DNA of 64,000 nucleotides from Macrostomum hystrix (taxonomy: Eukaryota > Animalia > Platyhelminthes), in NCBI GenBank assembly GCA_950097015.1, contig CATNEN010000001.1, forward strand, positions 22,134,001 through 22,198,000, written 5' to 3'. The notes below the pieces were generated by a model, which saw only the letters and a program-made list of their open reading frames with translations, was not told the DNA's origin and made no database searches. The position numbers were made by a program, and so were the translations under genes. Positions 24,301 through 33,566 of this stretch are shown here, piece after piece. Within the stretch, counting starts at the first letter, position 1. Each line of letters starts with the position of its first letter.

Positions 24301-27300
24301 CCAGGTCGTCCGCGTAGAGGAGCGGCGTGCAGTCGGGCGGCAGCTGGTCCGGCAGGTCGTTAATGAAAAGCGCGAAGAGCAGCGGGGCAAGAACGCTCCC
24401 CTGTGGTAAGCCCTCGCGGAAGAGCCGCCAGCTGCTCGTCGCGCCGTCGACCCTGACGGCGGCCCTTCGGTCGGCCAGGAAGCTGCTGAGCCAGCGGACC
24501 CCGGCAGCCGGGATGCCCGCGGCGTGGAGCTTGTGCAGCAGGCCCTGCTTCCAGACGGTGTCGTACGCCCTGCGGAAGTCGAACAGAACGACGACAGTCC
24601 GCCGGGCAGGGCTGGCCTGGTGACCATCACTGATGAGCTGGGTGAGCCTGGCGATCTGGTCCTCGGTGCAGCGCCGCTTGCGGAAGCCGGCCTGAGCCGG
24701 GTGCAGCAGCTGCCGGGACTCGGCCCACCAGTAGAGCCGCGCTTGGACCAGGCGCTCGGCCAGCTTGGCCATGGCGGAGGTCAGGGCGATCGGCCGGTAG
24801 GAGCCAATCACGTCGGCCGGCTTGCCCTTCTTCAGGATCGGCACGACGTGGGCGCGTCGCCACGCAGACGGGACCTCCCCCTTTGCCCAGGACTGGTTGA
24901 TCACGTACAGAGCCGCCCGGCGACCGGCGGGGCCGAGGTGCTGCAGGTGCTCGGCACAGATGCCGTCTGGTCCTGGGGCTTTCCTGGCCGGGAGGGAGCG
25001 AAGGACTCTGTCCAGCTCGCGAGACGAGAATTGCTTGCTAAAGTCTCCTGCCTCCGGGCTGTCAGCTTGTGCGGCGGCGCGGCTGCGGTGGTTCTCGCGG
25101 CGGAGGATGCGCGTCCTGCGGTCTTGCGGAAGGCGGCTCACGGCGGCGTACTCCTTGGCGTAAGCCTCGGCGATGTCCTTTGGTCGGACGTAGAGCTTCT
25201 GGCCCACACGGAGCGCTGCATCCCGCTGCAGGTTGTTGCTTCTGCCGTCAAGGGAGCGAACGACTCTCCAGATCTTTGAGTGGTCTGTGTCCGCTGCCAC
25301 CTCGCCGGCGAAGGCCCTCCAGCTGTCGCGCTTGGCGTCGGCGATGATCTTCTTGGCGTCTGCGCTGGCCTTGTTCCAGGCCGGCCGCTCGTTCGGATCG
25401 GCAGCGGCGGCGGCCCGCGCGGCCCGACGGCTCTTCACGGCGTCCTCGACCTCCGGGGTCCACCAGGCCTTCGGGGACGGCCGGGCCCCTCGCGGGATGA
25501 ACGCCTTGTCGGCCGTCATGATGGCCTCGGTCAGCAGCCGGTTGGCTTCGGTGGCCGTCGCGGGCGGCAGGGCGTCCCAGCCAGCCAGGGCCTCCTCGGT
25601 CTGCGCGCGGAAGCCGGCCCAGTCCGCTTTGGCCCAGGCCCGCCGGGCGGCGCCCGCTCTCTTGGCTGCGCCTCGGCTGCCATGAATGATGACGCTGATC
25701 GGCAGGTGGTCCGATCCGACGTCCCTCCGCACCTGCCACTCAGCCCGGCTGGCGAGCGACTTGTGGCACAGGCTGACGTCGGGCGCCGTCTGCCGAGCAT
25801 CGGCGCGGCGCGGCATGTGGGTGTGGCTGCCGTCATTCAGGATGCGCATGCCGGAAATAACGGACCATTCAAAGGCGGCCGTGCCCAGGTCCGTCTCTTC
25901 CGATTCGGGGTCCCAGGCCGGGTGGTGCGCGTTGAGGTCCCCCAGGATCACCGTGCTGGCACCTGACGGGAGCCACTGGGGGTTGAAACGCTGCACGCGG
26001 TCGTCGCCTTCGGCGTTTCTGATGGGCGGCACGTACAGGCAGTGAATGTCCAGGCTCTCGACCGTCTTCTCAGATGGGAAAACCCGGATGCCGGCCCACT
26101 CGGTGGAGACGTCCTCGGGGGCGCAGGGCCGCTCATGCAGCACCTCGTAGCGCAGCCCCTCGCGGATAAGGATCGCGACCCCTCCGCCGCGGGTGGGGCC
26201 ACCTGAGCGCCGGCCGCTCTGTCTGTGGCGCCAGACTGATTGAAGCCCGGCAGGCGTGGTTCCCTTCCTTCGGCGGTGTGGGTCTCTTGAAGACAGGCCA
26301 CGTCAACGCGCAGGTCTTGGCAACGACGCCCTCTGCGTTGAGTTGCAGGAGGTGCAGGCTGCTGGGGGCCTGAGCGCGCGCGGACCGACGGTCGGGCTGG
26401 CGCTTCGCGCCGCCGGGGGCCCGCCGTTGAGGCTCGGCAGGCTGCGTCGGCAGTTGGTCAGTCATTTAGGACCGGTTCGGACCGCCAGATGCTTGTTGGG
26501 CGGTGAGATAGGGCTGTGCTGTGCTGTGCTTTGCTGGGCTTTGGGAGGGCCCGTTTGATGGCCTGCATTTCGTAGGACTTGCGTCCTCCGGGGGGCACCT
26601 CGTGGAGGCGCAGGCCATTGCCCCCCACATCTGCCAGCTCGTCCGATACCTGAGGGCCACCGGGCGAGCAACCCTCCACCTCCTGGACTCTCCGGAGGAG
26701 GACCGCGCTGCGGACGCCGGCACCACCGGATCCCCATTTGGGGAAGGGACAGAGGAAGGAAAGGAGAATTTAAAGCCCTGACAAAATTACAAATTTTAAG
26801 TCCATTGGTGCTATTATGAAACCTTGTCACCAATTAAAATTACCTATTATCAAAGTTTAAACATTCGAAATTAATATTTAATGACCTTTAACGTAGTATT
26901 ACGTTTCGTAAATTCAAAATAATAACAAAAATATTATTTTTTACTTGCAATAGGTAACTTGCTGGTCTGAGCAAATAAGTATAAGTTATCACCCACTTTT
27001 TTTATTTATTTTGGTCGGGAACGGCTGAGGACTCGTTTATTGGCCGAGGTGTCCTAGGAAATCACTATGAAAGTTTTCCCTGTGAATTTGAACAGACTGT
27101 GTCTTTGAGCTCAGAGAACAGATTTGCAGTACAACACTTCTCTTTTTTGTTGCAATGCCTACTTCGCTGTATTCCGGGTCACGTATAAGCTTTGATATAA
27201 TGGAGTCTGGGCGATGAGATAGGCATGACCAGAACTGGAGGCTTCTTTTCTGTATATCATATAATAGAGGCAGTCTACCAAGTTCTGATCGGGCCCCATT

Positions 27301-30300
27301 GCTGTCAGTATTTTGACTGAGCTGTAGTATTGCCTTGCAGTTCCTAAAGTTAATTCTCTCTATTAAGCCCCGATCCCAGGGTCCCCAGTTCCAAGAAACA
27401 AAGGTGCCCCAGGCCTCTGGGGCATACAGGACTATGCTTTCAAACATGGCTGTGCAGAACAGCATTAGCTGCTTAAATTTGACGCTTCGGAATCCTGCCA
27501 ACTTCCTAAGAAAAATTATTGGGTAGTCACACTTTTTGCTAACTTCTATGGCGTGGGTATCGACTGTCCCCTTCGAGTTCATGTTAAATCCCAGGTATTT
27601 CCACTCTTGAACTGGTTCCCCAGTCGACACTGCATTATCAAATTATTTGCCCTTTTTGTTGGGGAGTCACATTGCCAAAGCTTCGTTTTTGTAATATTTA
27701 TTTCGTTTTTTGAAGCAAAAATCTGCTCCTTTGTCTAGACCCTTTTGTAGTTCTGTTAGATCTTCGCCGAAAATAACTAGGCCATCACAATAGAGTAAGT
27801 AGTTGATTTCTTCATTCATTATATCGGTGTTGATGTGGAATGACTCATTTAACATAGCACTCAATGGGCCTATGCATAGGGAAAATGGTAGCTGCGACAA
27901 GGGACAACCTTGTCTCACGCCATTTGTGATTGGACGGGCCTTTGTTGCTGTACTTTCCTATGTCCTTATCTGGAAATTTCCTTTTGTGCATATGCTCTGA
28001 ATCATTTTCATGATTGACGGGTTCACATAAAGATCTTTTTGTCATTTGATCAAGGTCGAGTGGTTAACCATATCAGAGGCACTTTTAAGATAGAAAAATA
28101 CTAGATGAAAGGCATTTTCTTTCGTCTTTTGCTCTGAATCAGTGTGAGCAGGGTGGCAATGTGGTCCGAAGTTCTATGACCTTTTTTGCTTTCGATTTGA
28201 TTAGAAGACAATAATAAAAATTTAAATTTGGTCATCGAGTTTGCCGTAGATAATTGATGCGAACAAACGTGTTATCGCAGGTAGCACACTGATGGGCCTA
28301 TAGTTTTCGGGGTCGATCGTTTCTGGGTCCTCTTTTGTAAATCGGGGTTGCTAACGCGACAGACCACGGCTGAGGTGTATAACCGAGTCTAAGTATTGCG
28401 TTGGATAGCTTAAGCAGCACGGGTTTTATTACTGCAATTGCATACAAAATGTGCTCGTCAGCTATCCCATCTATTCCTGCAGCCTTTCTTTTCTTTAGTT
28501 TTTTAACCGCCTTATCAATATCCTCAGCACTTATTGTTTCTATCGCCTGATTCCCTCCCGGACACTGATGTTGAAGACCAGCTGACCTCATTAATAATAC
28601 AATACAATTCGGCCTCGCTGCTTCTAGGCAACACAAAACGCGCTACTTTCTTTCCAAAATTGACTCCGCATAAGGAATCTACAACCAGTGTTTGATATAA
28701 ATGCTCTAAGAATACACCATTGCTAACTCTTGCTATTATCCTTAGCAGCTGCACAAGTCATTGCAAGTAAAATATGTTCTCTTACTTTTCATTCGGAGCT
28801 GTCGCATTTTTCAGAAGTTTCTGAGCACTCAGCTGTCCATTGTGCTCAGCGACTTGCCCAGGCCGCTCACCCTCCAGGTTTGTGGCTTGGAGACTGGCTC
28901 CGTGATTCAGAAGATGCTTGATCACCTGGTTATTGCCAGAAGCGGCTGCAAGGTGCAGGGAGGTGTTTCCATCCAGGTCTACGAGCCCATGCTTGGCCCC
29001 CAGTCTGAGCAGCAGTTGAGCACACTCTGCATGCTCATCTGTCGGATCGCAGCATCCGATGGCGGCCCACATGAGCGGAGTTCTGCAGTCCCAGTCTCTG
29101 AGGTCGCAGTTTTGGTTGTTAACCTCTCCGTCTAGTTGCTTCACATCGCCCTGAGAAGCCAGCTCGCCAAGTCGGACGGCGGTCTGAAATTCGTTATTTT
29201 TTATTGATATTCTTTCAGCTGCATAATAGAGCACGCCACAATAAACTTACCAGGACTTCGCTTTCTGTCTGGTTGAACTTCCATCTGGAAATAATATTTG
29301 AAACCACATTTGAGTAAATGTGTGCAATTAGTAAGTCTCAAAAGTACTTATATGGTACATTCCAACTGCCTCTTTCGCCATCCACTCACCGAATCAAAGC
29401 GCTGCAGATTCGTGTAGCGTCTAGTTTCCACGCCGTCCAATAGTACTTGGAGAAGTGTTGATCCGATAGACACTCGGATTCAGCCTTGAGAAGCAGTTCC
29501 ACCAGTTCAATATTCTCAATACCAATGGCCTTAGCGAGTTCAATGCAACTTCCATCTTTGTTCCTGGAGACCGCTGCTCCATTCCGTAAGAGCAGCTCTG
29601 CGATCGCTACATTTTCCTCATCCACAGCGAGCTGCAACGGCGTCCTGTCCTCACAGTCTCTGCAGTTGGGATCTGCTTCGGTCTCAGTCAGCAGCTGCTG
29701 TACCAGCGGTGTGTTGCCAGACAGAACTGCGCAGTGCAAAACCGTGTGTCGGAGAGAATCAGCGCTTCGAACATCAGCTCCTTTGTCGATCAAAATGTGA
29801 GCACACTCGGCATGTGACTCGCTGCCCTGAGCAAAGTCTTCCAGCGAAGCAGCTGCAGCACACAGCAGAGCAGTGCGATGAGGGAGATCAACTTGCCTCT
29901 CATCCACTGATGATGGGCTTGAACCCGCGATTCGAGCCACCAACGCTGCGTTCCCGTCCGCTGCCGCCTGGTGCAGAGAGACTGGTGCCGTCTGAAAATG
30001 CATTTGAGAAATTGAAATCAGCTTGAAGTGTGTAAGAAACGGAGGACTTGCTGCCATTCTGACGTCACTCACCAAGGGTGTTAAACTTGGTGTCGCCCGT
30101 TCATATGCAGAACTTCGCAACTCCCTGTAAGGAGGTTAGTCGTTTATTTGTTCATGCTTTAAAAATAACAAGTTTTTAGATATACGCTCGAAGATGAAAC
30201 ATGATTAGTGCGTACCGTCTTTCCACGATGTCCAGCCAACTTCCTGTCGTTCTGCACGGAACAGCCAGGCAAAAGAAGTGAATCGAGAAATTGTTGTCGT

Positions 30301-31261
30301 CCACCATTAACTTGAGTAGAAGTCGAACTGATGTCAGCAGAAGTTCATCGTCTTTATATTTCTCTGGGATGGGGTGCGCAGCCGTCAGCCGTGTTTTGAA
30401 ACTGCTGTACTTGTCCTCACAGTCATCAAAGGCTGTCACTGTGACAGTTACGGACCCGCTGCTTGCTTCAAACTCAATCAGGCTTGTGTCGTGGTTCGGC
30501 AGTCTGTCGTGCTGGTGATCTGCGCCCTTTTCGCTCAGGTACCAGTTGCTCATGCCAAGTTCATCAAAGAGCACACAAATGTGGATTGGCGTTGAGTTGC
30601 GTGACGCCGAGGCCATCAACAGCTTTTGTAGTTCTTCCACAAACCGCAAGGGCTGCTCACCCTTCAAGTCAAACGGTAGCCAGCCTAGAGGACACTCGGC
30701 TCCATCGTTGACTCGAATGCACAGGCTTGAGCCCTCCTCGGAGGCGGTGAGGAGTTTAGCGTCCGCAACCCGCACGAGATGCAGCAGCAAAAAGGCGGAG
30801 GAGAGAAAGCCAGCGATTCGCTTTTGATTTGGCCGTCTCTCGAAATCGAACAAACTCTCTGCCAAGGCAAGGTCGCACTGAAGCCTCAGCTCCGAGATCT
30901 GGCAGCCTTTGAGGCAGTTGAAGGCCACTCGAAATAAGTCGTAAAGTAGAAACTGACGGTGCTCATCGTTGCTTGGCAAATTCAGAGGGCTCCCATTGTC
31001 TAGAATCCGGCAAACTACCGAGTGATAGGGCGACATCCATGTGAAGTCGGACTTGTGAGAAGAGCTTTTGGCTTCGTTGGGGTTCGAAATGGACAGGACA
31101 AGCTCGCACATTCGATCTGCCTCTGATGGCGATGATGGCAGCAGCTTCAGCAGTGGAGGCTCTCCGGGAATCCGAGGCAGCGGCAGATCAGCATTCCGAT
31201 TAATGCGGCAGGTTTTGAGCAGCTCACTGAGGACACCACCGTATAAACTGAGCAGGGCCAT
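8377..31261 (-). CDS. 13-exon gene: unrecognised N-terminal domain + ankyrin repeats + MAP3K/STE-like Ser/Thr kinase (1394 aa)
   Basis: Exons 30216-31261, 30073-30124, 29390-29991, 29251-29284, 28786-29183, 17704-17755, 17016-17530, 11189-11243, 10634-11115, 9602-9628, 9466-9495, 9007-9358, 8377-8916. All introns GT-AG, all 12 junctions phase-compatible, total 4185 nt with no internal stop. Confidence 0.75.
9665..9885. repeat. 20/21-bp minisatellite (intronic)
   Basis: Unit ggggcagagaggtgacga(g), ~10 copies. Confidence 0.93.
10150..10232. repeat. 33-bp repeat, ~2.5 copies, carrying CCAAT and GC-box motifs
   Basis: Unit gccagccaatgggagagacggggcggggaggtc. Confidence 0.8.
10634..11115 (-). CDS. 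Ankyrin-repeat exon 9 of the ANK-kinase gene
   Basis: [32 protein letters not shown]; cag| acceptor and |gtgagt donor. Confidence 0.9.
11540..11997. repeat. 29-bp minisatellite (intronic)
   Basis: Unit ctgaaactgaggcagctgaaggctgcgga, ~15 copies. Confidence 0.95.
12121..12275 (+). repeat. 5' LTR
   Basis: TGTTG...CAACA; direct repeat of 16589-16743. Confidence 0.95.
12407..16402 (+). pseudogene. gag-pol (gag, protease, RT, RNase H, integrase) with one in-frame TGA at 14882-14884
   Basis: Two CCHC knuckles, LVDSGA protease, YIDD RT, ACDSSA RNase H, HFGH..CEAC zinc motif and D-D-E integrase (LDIFG, TDGGPQF, AVERFN). ORFs 12407-14884 and 14948-16402 are in the same frame. Confidence 0.93.
16589..16743 (+). 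repeat. 3' LTR
   Basis: Direct repeat of the 5' LTR. Confidence 0.95.
17016..17530 (-). CDS. Ankyrin-repeat exon 7 of the ANK-kinase gene
   Basis: [35 protein letters not shown]; canonical splice sites. Confidence 0.9.
18226..18393 (-). mobile_element. 3' fragment of the degenerate RTE-X-like LINE (C-terminal CCHC region)
   Basis: Diverged homologue of 31517-31675, which encodes [19 protein letters not shown]. Confidence 0.7.
18391..18910 (+). repeat. 97/98-bp tandem monomers (A-B-A-B-A plus a diverged 6th) upstream of the LOA-like ORF1
   Basis: Units start at 18391, 18488, 18586, 18683, 18781 and 18878. Confidence 0.95.
19045..20534 (+). CDS. ORF1 (gag-like) of the LOA-like element; probable frameshift near 20200-20310
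   Basis: 421-aa ORF 19045-20310 overlapped by ORF 20208-20534, which ends just before the ORF2 start. Confidence 0.65.
20570..22521 (+). pseudogene. ORF2 of the LOA-like element: most of the endonuclease and RT N-terminus deleted, frameshift near 21790
   Basis: The EN N-terminal peptide is followed at ~20635, in another frame, by the RT motif [10 protein letters not shown]; RNase H is split between ORFs 20628-21824 and 21794-22567. Confidence 0.85.
22577..26465 (-). pseudogene. APE endonuclease-RT-RNase H-CCHC polyprotein with frameshifts in the N-terminal EN (~26315 and ~26200)
   Basis: [74 protein letters not shown]; 1188 aa uninterrupted at 22577-26143. Confidence 0.9.
26558..26626 (-). 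ncRNA. HDV-like self-cleaving ribozyme at the 5' end of the Ingi-like element
   Basis: P1 GGGGGGC/GCCCCCC; P2 AUGGCCUGC/GCAGGCCAU; P3 GCC/GGU; L3 UCCACGA; P1.1 CC/GG; P4 AGGAC-GCAA-GUCCU; J4/2 ACGAAAU with candidate catalytic C. G1 abuts the TSD. Confidence 0.9.
27049..28730 (-). mobile_element. Degenerate LINE (RTE-X-like) RT remnant in intron 5; further copies at ~31514-33511 and ~36295-38292
   Basis: Frameshifted RT motifs: [50 protein letters not shown]. Confidence 0.8.
28786..29183 (-). CDS. Ankyrin-repeat exon 5 (copy 1)
   Basis: [26 protein letters not shown]; donor AA|gtaag. Confidence 0.88.
29390..29991 (-). CDS. Ankyrin-repeat exon 3 (copy 1)
   Basis: [30 protein letters not shown]; canonical splice sites. 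Confidence 0.88.
30216..31261 (-). CDS. First coding exon (copy 1): ~349-aa domain with no recognisable family
   Basis: ATG-initiated ORF; phase-2 donor CG|gtacgc fits micro-exon 30073-30124. Confidence 0.75.
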
Positions 31262-33566
31262 GCTGTGGTGTTTAATGCGGAGCGAAGCAGCTTTGCAGTT
31301 TTTTCTCTAGAGCTTTCACGCGTAGTTTTGATAAGAAATAAAATGGAATGAAAAAATGCTCGTATGTTTCTGCTGACAGTCACAAAGCTTTTTTCAGGAA
31401 AAAAGGATGACACAGTTCTTGTGGCTTGGCTTTTATGGCATCGTAATTCAGGCCTTTCTCAACGACTCAGACCGAGTGATTATGCAACAATGGATAGCTC
31501 GCATGTTGGAGAGAAAGGATGGATGAAATGTCTCCAACGAAACTTTCCCTGACTGCCTTATAATTATCCCAGTTGCACCGGAATAGAAAATGTACTTCAT
31601 TTTCGATCCCGACTTTGCACTTCGGGCAAATTCTGTTTCCATAAGGGATTTTCGGGTGAACAGAACGCAGAGTTTCGCAGGCCAGTCTGTGATTTCCTAA
31701 ACGAAAATCTGACAGTATGCGCCTGTGTTCCGGATTTGAAACATTTTATAGATTTTTTTCACGTCAAAAATCCACTTGAAACTGCAGTAGAAATGGCTGA
31801 GCTTTGTAGAATTTTGCACCTTGTCTGCAGTGTCCTAGGAAATCACTATGAAAGTTTTCCCTGTGAATTTGAACAGACTGTGTCTTTGAGCTCAGAGAAC
31901 AGATTTGCAGTACAACACTTCTCTTTTTTGTTGCAATGCCTACTTCGCTGTATTCCGGGTCACGTATAAGCTTTGATATAATGGAGTCTGGGCGATGAGA
32001 TAGGCATGACCAGAACTGGAGGCTTCTTTTCTGTATATCATATAATAGAGGCAGTCTACCAAGTTCTGATCGGGCCCCATTGCTGTCAGTATTTTGACTG
32101 AGCTGTAGTATTGCCTGGCAGTTCCTAAAGTTAATTCTCTCTATTAAGCCCCGATCCCAGGGTCCCCAGTTCCAAGAAACAAAGGTGCCCCAGGCCTCTG
32201 GGGCATACAGGACTATGCTTTCAAACATGGCTGTGCAGAACAGCATTAGCTGCTTAAATTTGACGCTTCGGAATCCTGCCAACTTCCTAAGAAAAATTAT
32301 TGGGTAGTCACACTTTTTGCTAACTTCTATGGCGTGGGTATCGACTGTCCCCTTCGAGTTCATGTTAAATCCCAGGTATTTCCACTCTTGAACTGGTTCC
32401 CCAGTCGACACTGCATTATCAAATTATTTGCCCTTTTTGTTGGGGAGTCACATTGCCAAAGCTTCGTTTTTGTAATATTTATTTCGTTTTTTGAAGCAAA
32501 AATCTGCTCCTTTGTCTAGACCCTTTTGTAGTTCTGTTAGATCTTCGCCGAAAATAACTAGGCCATCACAATAGAGTAAGTAGTTGATTTCTTCATTCAT
32601 TATATCGGTGTTGATGTGGAATGACTCATTTAACATAGCACTCAATGGGCCTATGCATAGGGAAAATGGTAGCTGCGACAAGGGACAACCTTGTCTCACG
32701 CCATTTGTGATTGGACGGGCCTTTGTTGCTGTACTTTCCTATGTCCTTATCTGGAAATTTCCTTTTGTGCATATGCTCTGAATCATTTTCATGATTGACG
32801 GGTTCACATAAAGATCTTTTTGTCATTTGATCAAGGTCGAGTGGTTAACCATATCAGAGGCACTTTTAAGATAGAAAAATACTAGATGAAAGGCATTTTC
32901 TTTCGTCTTTTGCTCTGAATCAGTGTGAGCAGGGTGGCAATGTGGTCCGAAGTTCTATGACCTTTTTTGCTTTCGATTTGATTAGAAGACAATAATAAAA
33001 ATTTAAATTTGGTCATCGAGTTTGCCGTAGATAATTGATGCGAACAAACGTGTTATCGCAGGTAGCACACTGATGGGCCTATAGTTTTCGGGGTCGATCG
33101 TTTCTGGGTCCTCTTTTGTAAATCGGGGTTGCTAACGCGACAGACCACGGCTGAGGTGTATAACCGAGTCTAAGTATTGCGTTGGATAGCTTAAGCAGCA
33201 CGGGTTTTATTACTGCAATTGCATACAAAATGTGCTCGTCAGCTATCCCATCTATTCCTGCAGCCTTTCTTTTCTTTAGTTTTTTAACCGCCTTATCAAT
33301 ATCCTCAGCACTTATTGTTTCTATCGCCTGATTCCCTCCCGGACACTGATGTTGAAGACCAGCTGACCTCATTAATAATACAATACAATTCGGCCTCGCT
33401 GCTTCTAGGCAACACAAAACGCGCTACTTTCTTTCCAAAATTGACTCCGCATAAGGAATCTACAACCAGTGTTTGATATAAATGCTCTAAGAATACACCA
33501 TTGCTAACTCTTGCTATTATCCTTAGCAGCTGCACAAGTCATTGCAAGTAAAATATGTTCTCTTAC

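Larger units (their letters stand above)
22522..26626 (-). mobile_element. Full-length Ingi-like single-ORF non-LTR retrotransposon
   Basis: 13-bp TSD ACATCTGCCAGCT at 22509-22521 and 26627-26639; (AAG)n 3' tail; EN-RT-RNase H-CCHC ORF; 5' HDV-like ribozyme. Confidence 0.93.
18391..26781 (+). mobile_element. Defective LOA/R1-group non-LTR retrotransposon (ORF1 + EN-RT-RNase H-CCHC), interrupted by an Ingi-like element; both ends approximate
   Basis: ORF1 from 19045; EN start FLQLNLHHC; [25 protein letters not shown]; RNase H FTDGS, HSDSQA, WIPGH; [14 protein letters not shown]. The ORF2 tail (VRYLRATGR) resumes after 26639. Confidence 0.85.

Noticed and set aside
22329-26045. Many plus-strand ORFs overlapping the Ingi-like element
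   Set aside because: Antisense shadow ORFs of very GC-rich coding sequence.
30176-30215. Apparent motif shared by the 361-aa ORF (ERRYALIMF) and the 392-aa ORF (ELRYALMTF)
   Set aside because: YALIMF lies past the predicted splice donor at 30215, and the other similarities are too short to support homology by eye.
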